Source of the DNA: the human T2T-CHM13v2.0 reference genome, Homo sapiens
Length of the DNA: 64,000 bases
Reading direction: 5' to 3' (one strand)
NCBI RefSeq assembly: GCF_009914755.1
Contig: NC_060925.1
Shown piece by piece: positions 17,291 through 34,157 of the stretch (positions are counted from its first letter, which is position 1; each line of letters opens with the position of its first letter). The notes beneath the pieces are model-generated. The model saw only the letters and a list, made by a program, of their open reading frames with translations. It did no database searches and was not told the DNA's origin. A program made the position numbers and the translations under genes.

Positions 17291-17816
17291 GATCTGTTTC
17301 AAGATGGCCGAATAGGAAGAGCTCTGGTTGCAGCTCCCAGCATGATCGACGGAGAAGACAGGTGATTTCTGCATTTTCAACTGAACTCTGAAGAGAGCAG
17401 TGGTTCTCCCAACACAGTGTTTGAGCTCTGAGAATGAACAGACTGCCTCCTCAAGTGGGTCCCTGACTCCCAAGTAGCATAACTGGGAAAAACCTCCCAG
17501 TAGGGGCCAAAAGACACCTCATATACGTGGGTGCCCCTCTGGGACGAAGCTTCCAGAGGAAGGATCAGGCAGCAATATTTGCTCTTCTGCAATATTTGCT
17601 GTTCTGCAGCCTCCACTGGTGATACCCAGGTAAACAGGGTCTGGAGTGGACCTCCAGCAAACTCCAACAGACCTGCAGCTGAGGGACCTGACTGTTAGAA
17701 GGAAAACTAACAAACAGGAAGGAATAGCATCAACATCAACAAAAAGGGGCATCCACACCAAAACCCCATCTGTAGGTCACCAACATCGAAGACCAAAGGT
17801 AGATAAAACCACAAAG

Positions 17817-18830
17817 ATGGGGAGAAACCAGAGCAGAAAAGCTGAAAATTCTAAAAACCAGAGCTCCTCTTCTCCTCCAAGGGATCGCCATGGAACAAAG
17901 CTGGATGGAGAATGACTTTGATGAGCTGACAGAAGGAGGCTTCAGAAGGTCGGTAATAACCAACTTCTCTGAGCTAAAGGAGCATATTCGAACCCATCGC
18001 AAGGAAGCTAAAAACTTTGGAAAAAGATTAGACAAATGGCAAACTGGAATAAACAATGTAGAGAAGACCTTAAATGAATTGATGGAGCTGAAAACCATGG
18101 CATGAGAACTTCGTGATGAATGCACAAGCTTCAGTAGCCAATTTGATCAAGTGGAAGAAAGGGTATCAGTGATTGAAGATCAAATTAATGAAATAAAATG
18201 AGACAGAAGTTTAGAGAAAAAAAGAGTAAAAAGAAACCAACAAAGCCTCCAAGCAATATGGGACTATGTGAAAAGAGCAAATCTGTGTTTGACTGGTGTA
18301 CCTGAAAGTGACGAGGAGAATGGAACCAAGTTAGAAAACACTCTTCAGGATTTTATCCAGGAGAACTTCCCCAACCTAGCAAGGCAGGCCAACATTCAAA
18401 TTCAGGAAATACAGAGAACACCACAAAGATACTCCTCAAGAAGAGCAACCCCAAGACACATAATTGTCAGATTCAACAAGGATCAAATGAAGGAAAAAAT
18501 GTTAAGGGCAGCCAGAGAGAAAGGTCAGGTTATCCACAAAGAGAAGCCCATTGGTCTAACAGCAGATCTCTCGGCAGAAGCCCTAAAAGCCAGAAGAGAG
18601 CGGGGGCCAATATTCAACATTCTTAAAGAAAATAATTTTCATTCCAGATTTTCATATCTAGCCAAACTAAGCTTCATAAAAGTGAAGGAGAAATAAAATC
18701 CTTTACAGCCAAGCAAATGCTGAGATATTTTGTCACCACCAGGCCTGCCTTACAAGAGCCCCTGAAGGAAGCACTAAACATGCAAAGGAGCAACTGGTAC
18801 CAGCCACTGCAAAAACATTCCAAATTGTAA
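17817..18830 (+). pseudogene. L1 ORF1p, disrupted
   Basis: MGRNQSRKAENSKNQ...; KRANLCLTGVPESDEENGTKLENTLQD; stops and frameshifts. Confidence 0.9.
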
Positions 18831-18890
18831 ACAACATCGATGCTATGAAGAAACTGCATCAATTAACAGGCAAACTAACCAGCAAACATA

Positions 18891-22966
<4,076 letters not shown>

Positions 22967-24966
22967 ACAATGAGATCACTTGGACACCGGGCCAGGAACA
23001 TCACACACCAGGACCTGTCGGGGGTGGGGGGCTGGAGGAGGGATAGCAATGGGAGAAATATCTAATGTAAATGACGAGTTGATGGGTGCAGCAAACCGAC
23101 ATGGCACATGTATACCTATGTATCAAACTTGCATGTTGTGAACTTGTACCCTAGAACTTAAAGTATAATAATAACAATAATAATTCACAAAAAAGAAAAA
23201 AAAGATATGAAGCTTGAAGAAATTCAACAGCTCATAGACACTACACCAGAGGAAGTAACATAAATTACTTCATGGAAATAAGTGCTTCTGAACCAGTGCC
23301 AGAGGATGAGGAAAAAACTTAGAAGTAGTGTCAGAAAACAAATTGACATTAGACAATCTGTCAGAAGCAGTCTGATTATTCAAAACTGATTTTGATTTCT
23401 TTTAAGACATAGATCCTTATATGATATGGGCACTGAAACCAAAGCAAACAGTGGAAGGGGGATGGGCACCATCTAGAAACATTTTTAGAGAAAGAGAAAG
23501 CAAAAGAGTCAGTTGGAAATGACAGTGTATTTCCATACAGTTAAACCAAGTGTGCCTGCCTCTCTGGCCTCCCCTTCCACCTCCTCCACCTTTTGATAGT
23601 CTCTGCCAGCCCTGAGACAGCAAGGCGACTGCCTTCCTCTTCCTCCTTCTCCTCAGCCTACTTATTCTGAACACCATGAAGGTGAATACTGTTATGATAG
23701 TCTATATCCATTTATGAATATAATTTATATTCATAAATCCATTTATATCCATTTACTACATTTAATGAATAGTAAATGTATTTCTTCTTCCTTATGATTA
23801 TCTTAATAACATTTTCTTTTATCTAGCTTTCTTCATTGTAACAATACAATATACTATATGTAACATACAAAATATGTGTGAATTGACTATTTATGTTACA
23901 GATAAGGCTACCTAGTCAAAAATAAGCTATTAATAGTTAAGTTTGGGGGAAGTCAAAGGGTATAGGTAGATTTTCAGCAGAGTGGAGGTGGGCACTCATA
24001 ACACCTGAATTGTTCAAGGGTCAACGCTGTGTGTGCGTGTGTGTGTTTGTGTATTTATAAAGTACATCACCATTATTATATTCAAAATTAAATTAGCTTC
24101 ACTAACAATCCCAGAAATGAAGCACCATTTTATGATAAGAAGCAGCAGGATCCAAATTCCTAAAATGTTTTAATAATACTACTGTTAATATTTGTGCTAG
24201 AAGAATAATTTTGTAACACTAATCCTGATGTTTCATTCATTTCATTGGCACACGTGTCTTTTGCTGGGCAACAAATGAGCTTAACATAAAAATTTTAAAA
24301 AATTATATATATAGTGGCAATCAGGTTCACATTAAAAATTCTGATGCTAAAACCAAGTAGAGCCAATAAAAATTTCATCATAGAAATATATGATGTCAGA
24401 CATAGCTAATAACATTCATTGGACAGTTCATTTTTATTTAATTGACACTTTTTTATTTATTATTATTATTGACACTTTTTTATTTAATTGCCATTCTAAA
24501 ATAAAAACAATATTTTATAAGAATTTTTATTTGAGTTACTTGTATTTTTGTTGTAAATTCAGGCAGCAGTAGATAATTAAAATGAAAATAATTATGATTA
24601 ATTTTTAATAAATATTTTCTATGAACCAGTCATAATCCTAAGTGTTTTACTCATGGTCTTATATTTACAAATGATTGTCTTACAAATATTTAATTTTAAT
24701 GCACATTAAAAAAATGACCCTAAGTTTTGGCAATGCTATTTTATTTTAGAGAAAAAACAAAAACAACAAACTTAGAAGCTACAAAACAAATTAGCAGTTC
24801 AAATTATGAAATTAATATTTGTTCTGTAGCTATTTGCATTGCAATACACTGTTTTAATTGGTGTTTCATAGCATTTTAGTGGATTTTATACAAATAATAA
24901 TATTTACTATAGCTATATATGTAATTCAAAAGATTTAACCAAAACATGTTACATTTCATTTAAGCA

Positions 24967-24969
<3 letters not shown>

Positions 24970-25011
<42 letters not shown>
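24970..25011. repeat. (TA)21 microsatellite
   Basis: Uninterrupted TA run. Confidence 0.95.
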
Positions 25012-25012
<1 letters not shown>

Positions 25013-26031
25013 CATTAGTTAAATGTTGTTGAGAATTATTAATGTGAAAATTCTCTTGAGCCATATACTACAGAGCACTATTATTAGTCTCAGAGATGAT
25101 TAATTTTTATATAGATTTTAAGTGAACTCAAATTGGCAAAAGTTTTTAATCAATCCCCCTCCCACTTCTTTGCAAAAAATCAAAGATTATGGATAAAATT
25201 AGTTAGATTTTGATGATGGAAATGTTCAAAAATATTGTAAATATTTTTTTCTTCTGCTTTCAAATATAATGGCTTAAAATAACAGTGTTATTCCCCACTT
25301 CCCTATCCCTCTAAGAGAAACACAGATTCTCTGATATTTAATATTTAGGTAGTTTGAAGTTATCAAAAGTAGCTCTTGAACTGGTAATGGGAAGTGAGGG
25401 AGAGTTTTATATAATAGAAAGTCATAGACTAACCAAATTGTGGATATAATCCAGTATTATGATCATCCTCCACCTCTTTGTTATGTATTGTTTTATATCT
25501 GGTATGAGACTATAATGTCTCTTTTTATGCTCATGTGTCTCAATTCAGAAAATAAATTGTATGGTCATTCTTTTTTATGTGGAATGTAATTAAAATGGGA
25601 ATAGACACCACTCAGAGAAGCCTGGAGAAGGTATTTAATATTAGACCACTGGAAATCTTTCAAAATATACAGAGCTAGGTTTAAAGAGGGCATACTTTGA
25701 TCTCCTGTGCACAGCAAAGGATTCAAGTCAATATTAACTGTCAAGATCATATGAGTAAAAAGGGACTACAGTTCTTTATTATCCTCATGACTCTAGAGAG
25801 TAATTCTAGTAACCTGGCTCCTGAAATAGCTAAAGTGGAGCTTGAAAGTCTACCTTTGTATGATCTAGTCATATGTATATTTATATATTTCAATTTAATT
25901 GAATATTGTTACTCTACAACACTTTAAGATACCCAATGTAGAGCAATATTTCAGTAACTAGAAACAGGTAAATTGGCATAACCACGTACACATCAGAATC
26001 AGTGGGTATGGGCTCCTACAAAAGTGAGGAA

Positions 26032-28823
26032 AGGGAGAGAGAGGTAGAGCAAGATGGTGAAGTAAAAGTCTCCATTGATGGTCCTACCTGAAATAAATAA
26101 TAAAGATTACAGCAGAAATAAATGAAATTGAAATAAAAAAAAAGCAAAGTATCGATAACACAAAAAGTATTAAGCTAAACAAAATCAACAAACCTTTGGC
26201 CAGACCAACTTACCAAAAAAAAAGAGAAGATACAAATAAATAAAATCAGAGATGTAAAAGGAGACATTACAACTGATAATGCAGAAATTCAGAAGATCGT
26301 TAGTGGGTACTATAAACAAGTAATAAATTTGAAAATAAATTGGAAAATCTAGAATAAATAGACAAGTTCTTAGACACATACAACCTACCAAGATTGTACC
26401 ATGAAGAAACCAAAAAACAAAACCTGAACAGAAGAACAACAAGTAATATTATTGAACACATAATAATAAAAGGCTTCAAGCAAAGAAAAGCCTGGGACCT
26501 AATGGCTTCACTGCTGAATTCCACCAAACATTTAGAGAACAAATATCAATCCTCCTCAAACCAGTGTGAAATATAGAGGAGGAGAGAATACTTCCAATGA
26601 CATTCTACAAGTCCAGTGTTATCCTGATACCAAAACCAGACAAAGACGCATCAAAAAAACAAAAACAAAAACAAAAAACAAAAAACTACAGGGCAATATC
26701 ACTGATAAATATTGATGCAAAAATCTTCAACTAAATACTAGCAAACTATATTCAACAACATGTTTAAAAAATCATTAATCATGACTAAGTGGGATTTATC
26801 CCAGTGATGCAAGGGTGATTCAACACACACAACTCCCATCAGTGTGATACATCATATCAGCAGAATGAGTAACAAGTATCATATTATTGTTTCAGTTGGT
26901 GCTGAAAAAGCATTTGATAATATGCAACATACCTTCATAATAAAATCCATCGGAAAACAGTATAGAAAGAAGATATCTCAACATGTTAAGAGCCCTATAC
27001 CACAGACTTGCAGCTAGTATCACACTGAAATGGAAAAACTGCAGCCTTTTTTCTGAGATATGGAACATGACAAGGATGACCACTGTCACCACTGTTCTTC
27101 AGTGTAGTCCTGGAATTCCTAGCTAGAGCAATCACACAAGAGAGAGAAATAAAGTGTATCCAAATTGGAAAGAAATAAGTAAAATTATTCTTGCTTGCAG
27201 ACAATAGGATCTTATATTTGGAAAAACCTAAAGATTCTACCAAAAACCTATTAGAACTGATAAGCAAATTCGGAAAGGCTGAGGATAAAAACTCAACATA
27301 AAAAATAAGGGGAAGTTTTATATGCCAGCAGCAAACAATCTGGAAAATAAATCAAGAAAATTATCACGTTTACAATAGCTACAAATAAAATACCTAGGAA
27401 CTAATTTAACCAAAGAAGAGAAGAATGTCTACAATGAAAACTATAAAAGTTTGATGCAAGGAATTGAAAAGGACACAAAAACTTTTAGCTAGACACAAAC
27501 CTTTAGCCAGACAAACTTTAAAAAAAAGGGAAAGATATTTCATGTTCATGAATTGGAAAAATCAATATTGTTAAAATGTCCATAGAACTCAAAGCAATCT
27601 ACAGATTTAATGCAATCACTATCAAAATACCAATGATATTCTTCACAGAAACAGAATAAACAGGACTAAAATTTACATGGAACCACAAAAGACCCAGAAT
27701 AGCCAAAGCTATCTTAAGCATATAAAACAAAACTGGAGGAATCACATTACTTGATTTAAATTATACTGCAGAGCTATCATAATCAAAATAGCATAATGCT
27801 GGCATGAAAACAGACACCAGTGGAATTGAATAAAGAACTCATATATAAATCCATACATCTACAGTAAAATCATTTTTGATGAGGTTCCAAGAACATTCAC
27901 TGAAGGAAAAGACAGTCTCTTCAACAAATGGTGCTGGGAAAACTAGATATTTATATGCAAAAGAATAAAGCTAGAACCCTATCTTTCACCCTATACAAAA
28001 ATCAAATCAAAATGGATTAAAGACAAGTATAAGACTGCAAACCATAAAACTACTAATAAAAATAATTGGGGAAACTCTTCAGGACATTGGAGTGGGCAAA
28101 GACTTTTTGAGCAATACTCCACAGGCACAGGCAACCGAAGCAAAAGTGGACCAGTGAGATTACATCAGGTTAAAAACCTTCTGCAAAGCAAAGGGAACAA
28201 TGAACAAAGTGAAGAGACAACCCACAGATTGGGAGAAATTGCCTGTCTGACAAGGGATTAATAATCAGAATATATGGTGCTCATACAACTCCATAAGAAA
28301 TATCTAATAATCCAATTTTTTAAATGAACAAAAGATCAGAATAGACATTTCTCAAAAGAAAACATACAGATGGAAAACAAGTATATTAAAAGATGCTTAA
28401 CATCATCGATTGTATTAGTCTGGTCTCACACTGCTAATAAAGATATAACTGAGACTGGGTAATTCATAAAGGAAAGAGGTTTAATTGATTCGCGGTTCCA
28501 CATGGCTGGGAGGCCTCACAATAATGGTGAAAGACAAAAGAGAAACAAAGTCACCTCTTACATGGCGGCAGGCAAGACAGTTTGTTCAGGGAAACTCCCA
28601 TTTATAAAACCATCAGATTTCCTGAGACTTATTCACTGCCACAAGAACGGTATGGGGGAAACCACCCACATAATTCAATTATCTCCACTTGGCCCTGCCC
28701 TTGACATGTGGGGATTATTACAATTCAGGGTTAGATTTGGGTAGGGACACAGCCAAACCGTATCATTGATAATCACAGAAATGCAAATCAAAACTAAAAT
28801 GAGGTATAATCTCACCCCAGTTG
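26032..28823 (+). mobile_element. L1PB/L1MA1-2-type LINE: 5' tip fused to mid-ORF2, 3' end absent, THE1 inserted
   Basis: gagcaagatggtgaagtaaaagtctccattgatggtcc (5' terminus), then aataaagattacagcagaaataaatg (ORF2); ORF2 homology runs to ctcaccccagtt. Confidence 0.8.
28411..28765 (-). mobile_element. THE1 (MaLR) solo LTR
   Basis: tgtattagtc...acacagccaaaccgtatca; TSD tcgat/ttgat. Confidence 0.93.
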
Positions 28824-29002
28824 TAAGGGGAAAATATAGTAAATTTTCAGGAATAGATTGGAAATACATTCTTCTAACAATATATTGTAACCCATTCTTA
28901 TTTCACCTAGAATGAAGGTTAAGAACACTTTTACTTGTCAGTTGTTTGTATTTCATTTTCAGCAAAACAATAATTGTTCATTTTCCTTTTATTTTATGTA
29001 AT

Positions 29003-29156
29003 TTATTTCTTATTAGTTTGAAGAACACATTAAAATATTATAGAATTTAACCAATTGGAAAGTGTCTTTTATCTTTTGCTTATTTCTTATTAGTTTGAAG
29101 AATGTATTAAAACATTATACAATTTAACCAATTGGAAAGTAGCTTCTGTCTTTTGC
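29003..29156. repeat. 77-bp tandem duplication (2 copies)
   Basis: ttatttcttattagtttgaagaa...aatttaaccaattggaaagt...tcttttgc at 29003 and 29080. Confidence 0.9.
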
Positions 29157-29470
29157 ATTAAAATTTATTACTTTACTTTAAAATTTTCTTTTCATTTTTT
29201 TCTAGATACTTTTCTTAATTTTTTTTTCATCTGGGTCATAATTTGGATAAGCCTGCATTTTGTTTCAGTATTTCCGTATTTTCTGGTTTTACCCTTAAAT
29301 CTTTATTTATACATACCTTGTAAGAGTCTAAAGGTGATCTTTTCTACCTTGTAAAAAACAAGTGAATGATTAATTTTCTCTCATTGGCATTAAGTTTTGA
29401 AAAACATTATAGGTAATAATTGATTATAGCACAGAATTTACATAATTCTGTCTGATTTCATTTATAATAC

Positions 29471-29924
29471 TGTGAAAGCAAACTATCTTTGGCCTCCAAA
29501 ATCACTTAGGAAAACTCAATCTGTAAACTGCTTAAGGCAAACCTGCCTCCCATTGTATTCAAAGTTATCCCTCTCTCCCCACTCACTTACACAGATGTAT
29601 ATCTCATTGCCTCCTTTGGAAAGGGTAATCAGAAACTCAAAAAGAATGCAACCCTTTTGTCACACTTATCCCCCCCTCCTCCTTTGAGTCTTCCTGCCTT
29701 TAATTCAAGTTGTCTCACCTTTCCGGATCGAACCAATATATTTCTTACCTATATTAACTGATGTCTCACATCTCCCTAAAATGTATGAAACCAAGCAATG
29801 CCTCGGCCATCTTGGGCACATGTCCTCAGGACTTCCTGAGGGTGTGTCATGGGTGCGTCCTCCACCTTGGAAAAATAAACTTTCTAAGTTAACTGAGACC
29901 TATCTCAGATTTTCTGAGTTCACA
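29471..29924 (+). mobile_element. MER4-family (MER4A-like) ERV1 solo LTR
   Basis: tgtgaaag...caaacctgcctccc...gggcacatgtcctcaggac...aataaac...ttcaca; TSD ATAC. Confidence 0.85.
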
Positions 29925-30384
29925 ATACATATTTTAAGCTCTTTGAAAATAGAGGGGTATGTTTACATTCCTTGAGGTTTATCCATAATTCATAGAAGAA
30001 TACTAAGGATATGTTAATGTTTGGATGGAAAGCATTTATCCTGAAACTTGTCACATGTTTAGTTTTTCAGATGAAATTTGGAATATTTTATTTAGACTCA
30101 AGTAGCACCAACACAGACAAAAATAGAATTATGATTTTATTAGGTTGTATTAAATGTATAATTACAGCTTATTAGAAATGTGTGTCCTCATACAAAAGAT
30201 GATATGTCACACAGTTTACTCTGTTTTGTTTTATTTTTTGTTTGTTATATATGTTTAATTCAGTTCACAATAGGTTATAATAATATAAATTCTATATCTT
30301 TCTTAAGTTAATACTAGTTAATTCATACTCTTGATATTGTGAATGGAGTTTTCTATAGGATTACACAATGCTTCTTGCTAATAA

Positions 30385-31124
30385 TGAGACGAGAAGTCTT
30401 CTTCTGATTGAAGGTTTTTCTTGATCAAAGGGTTCGTGGTCTCAAGGGCTTCAAGGAATGAAGCCGTGGACCTCAGTGGCGAGTGTTACAGCTCGATTAG
30501 AGAAACACGTGGACGAAATGAGATGCCGAGTCTGCTTCCTGATCAAAGGGTTTTCTCGATCAAAGGGTTGGTAAGTCTTATGGGCTTTAAGGAATGAAGC
30601 CATGGACCGCAGAGGCTAGTGTTACAGCTCGATTAGAGAAACACGTGGACCCAAAGAGTGTGCAGCGGCAAGATTTATTAAAGCCAAAGCAAAAGTAAAG
30701 CGAAAGCAAAAGTAAAGCGAAAGCAAAAGTAAAGCGAAAGCGAAAGTAAAACTTTGCTGGAAGGGGACCCAAGGGTTGCCATTTCTGGCTTGGGTGTCTT
30801 TTGCTTATATCATCTTATGACCCCTCCCCTTTTCCTTTTTCTGTCCTATAGAATTAGCTTATTGTCTATCTGCTTGTGAGTTGGTGGGCCTAATTGGTTA
30901 AAAACATGGGGCTGCAGCTAGAGTTTAAACTCCCTATATGATTGGTTGAAGTTTCAATCCCTTAGCTTGTAGCCGTGACGCATTTTAGCTCAGGTGAAAG
31001 TCCCCTTTGATTGGTTGAAGTTTCAATCCTTTAGCTTGCACTCATTTTGGCTTAGGGGAAAGTCCCCTTAGGGAAGTCCCTATTGACCCAGGAAGTCCAG
31101 CCAACTTAGCCACTTAGACCCTCA
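30385..31124 (-). mobile_element. ERV1 solo LTR of the HERV9/W/30 group (exact family uncertain)
   Basis: TG...CA termini, TSD ATAA, LTR12-like U5 (aatgaagccgtggacc, gacccaaagagtg), CCAAT repeats. Confidence 0.8.
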
Positions 31125-31339
31125 ATAATATTAAGAGATTTTTAATTTTTAAGCAGAAATATTTGCAATAATTATGCCATTTACACAAACCTAATAGAAT
31201 TGGCCAGCACTACAATAATTTAAAAACTTACTAGTAATGATATTCTTCTTTCTGCTTTCAATAGAGGCCTTCTCAATATTTGTTCTGAAATATGACACTG
31301 ACAATTAGTAAAAAGATTTTGCTTTCAATTTGGTTACTA

Positions 31340-33055
31340 AAATAATTAAATTATGTTACTAAACAATTTTAAAACTTGGAAATGCATGATTCATATTCTG
31401 AAGATCTCTAGAACTTATTCATTTTATGAAACTAAAACTTTATACTTGTTGAATAGCAATTCCCAATTTCCCCCTTCCCCAGGCACCGGCAACCAACATT
31501 CTACTCTCTTCTTCTATGAGTTTGACTATTTAGATACTTCATAAAACTGGGATTATGCTGTATTTGTCTTTCTGTGACTGGCTGTTTTTGTTTAGCATAA
31601 CTTCCTCCCGGTTTATTCTTCTTGTTGATAAAGCCAGACAGTTGGTTTTTTTTAATTTGTTTGTTTGTTTTGAGGCAGGGTCTTACTCTATGAAGTGCAA
31701 TGGCATAATCATGGCTCACTGCAGTCTCCACCTCTCAGGTTCAAGCCACTCGGGAGGCTGACAGGAGGATCTGTGTGAGCCACCATGCCCAGCTAATTTT
31801 TTTTTTAATTTTTTATAGAGACACAGTCTCCCTTTGTTGCCCAGGATGGTCTCACTCTCTTGGGCTCAAACAATCCTCCTGCCTTGGCCTCCCAAGGGGA
31901 GGGATTATAGGCAGGAACCACCACAACTGGCTAGGCTGAATAATATTTTTTTTGTATGTTTACACGATATTATCTTTATCTGCTACTGAACATTGAAGTT
32001 GCCTCTAAATCTTGGCTAGTATGAATAATGGTGCAATGAACATGGGATTATAAATCTCTTTCACAATACTGATTTTAATTCCTTTGGACAAATACTCAGA
32101 GTGGGATTGTTGGTAGTTTTATTTTTAATTTTTTGAGGAACCTGCACACTGTTTTTCATAACAGCTGCTCCAGATCACATTCCAGCAATATTGTGCAAAG
32201 ATTCTAGTTTTTGCACACCATCAAAACTTATATTTTCTCCTGTTTTTCTTTGCTTTATAATAGTCATTCTAACAGATGTGAGATGATATTACAATTTTGA
32301 TTTGTATTAACCTGAGGATTAGCGATGTTGAGTATCTCTTCATATGTGTTGATTATTTGCCTGTCTTCTTAGAAGAAATATTTACTAAAGACTTTTGCTG
32401 ATTTTTTAATTGGATTATTTCTTTCAGTTGTGTGAGTTTCTTATATATTTTTACTATTAGCCTCTTATCAGATGTGTGGTTTGCAAATATTTCCTCCCAT
32501 TACCTAGATTGCCTTTTCACCATTTTGATTTTTTTGTCTTTGCTGTGAAGAGCTTTTCCTTTTATATAGCTTCACTTTATTTTTGTTTTCATTACTTGCG
32601 CTGTTGGTGTATATCCAAGGAATGATTGCCAATAACAATGTCAGGAAGCTTCCTCCCTGTTTCTTGTAGGAGGTTTACAGTTTCAGATCTTGTGTTTAAG
32701 TCTTTAGTCTATTTTGAGTTTATTTTTGTGTATAGTGTAGGATAAAGGTTCAATTTCATTCTTTGCATGTTATACGTGGTTTATCAAATACCATTTGTTG
32801 AAGATATATCCTTTTCCCATTATGTATGTTTGGCATCCATGTAAAAGATAAATTGACTGAATATGTATGAGTTTGCTTCTTGGCTCTCTATTCTGTTGAA
32901 TTGCTAGAAATGTCTATTTTTATGCCAGCACCTTACTGTTTTAATTTTGTAGTGCTGTAATATGTTCTGAAATCAGGAAGCTCTATTCTTCCTTTTCAAG
33001 GTTGTTTAGATTATTCAGTCTTTTGTGGTTCCATACAAATTTTAGAATTGTTTCT
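31340..33055 (-). mobile_element. L1MA8-10-like 3'UTR and ORF2 3' part, interrupted by AluJ
   Basis: agatctctagaacttattcat...ggcaaccaacattctactc...ctatgagtttgac. Confidence 0.8.
31646..31932 (-). mobile_element. AluJ with an internal micro-inversion
   Basis: J diagnostics (atcatggctcactgcag, ttgcccagg, gggctcaa). Confidence 0.85.
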
Positions 33056-33059
33056 TAAT

Positions 33060-33250
33060 ATATAAATGAAATGTGGCATATTCAGTGGAATTTTAATCAG
33101 CTATAAAAAAGATTTGTTATAATATACTAAAAACAGTATGCTCTGTGAAAGAAAGCAGTTCCAAGAGAACACATATTGTATGATTATAATTATAGAAATA
33201 TGAGAAAAAGACTATCTTCAGAGACAAAAAGCAGGATTAATGGTTCCTTC
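33060..33250 (+). mobile_element. L1ME/MD 3'UTR fragment
   Basis: gtgaaagaaagcag...cacatattgtatgatt...gagacaaaaagcag. Confidence 0.6.
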
Positions 33251-34157
33251 CAAGATTTTTCTTTGGTAGGTTTTTGATCTCTTTGTTAAAAGTTTCGCTT
33301 TGCTCACACATTGCTCTCTTGATCTTATTGAGCATCTTTATGAGTGTTATTTCAAATTCTTTTTTCATAACTTTGTTTGATTAGGATTGATTTGGAGTTT
33401 TATCTTGTTACTTTGTTTGGGATGTCACGCCCTATTTCTTCATTTTCTTTGATTCTTTCTGTTGTTATCTGTGCACTAGTAAAAAACAGCCATCTTTCCC
33501 AGTTTTCATTCATGTAGGACCTTCACCAATCAGCCTAGCCAGAGATTCTTGGGGTCTGGCAGACCTTTGTGTTAGTCTAAACCACTGTCTTTATTCTTAG
33601 GCATGCTGATCAGTCAGTGCTTCAAAACAGGTGAGACAATAGCCAATCCCTCGGGTAGTCACTAGAAAAGTTGGAGAGTTCTATGCTCAGTCCAACTCTT
33701 TCCTTTTCCAGAGAAAAGATGGAATCTGAGGTTGAGCTGAGGGGCAGGGATTATGGCTACTGCTTGCATTCTACTTTCAACCATCTTCTTTCTTCTTACT
33801 AGCCCCATGTCAGGATCCATCAGTGTTCTGAGACCAGAGACAGAAATCAGTACCTTGGGCACATCCTTGAAAGATCTGAGCATTGGTCATGTCGTCAAAT
33901 GTCCTTCTTCTCTAGGGAGAATCTGAAAGCTTTCCTTCTGATCTTATGGCATTGTGATGGGGTTAGGGATTATGGCTAAAGGAATTCTGAAGTTTTTCTA
34001 CCAACTATGATGAATCTGATTTCACACTCACCCAAAGCGCAGAAATCTCTCAACTAGTATTTGAATTTACCATGGGAATTTGTCCATGTATTACTGTTCA
34101 ATCTGTGTGTTCTTAATCAGAAGGAAGTTCCAGGGCTTTCTATTCTGCCACTTGGAT
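33250..34157 (-). mobile_element. L1M 5'UTR / ORF1 start
   Basis: Ends in ctttctattctgccacttgg, the reverse complement of a caagatggcagaatag-like L1 start. Confidence 0.55.

Noticed and set aside
25340-25900. Possible MaLR internal fragment
   Set aside because: Only short motif similarity, which is insufficient
30686-30750. Regularly spaced repeats as a CRISPR-like array
   Set aside because: Eukaryotic tandem repeat without spacers, inside an LTR
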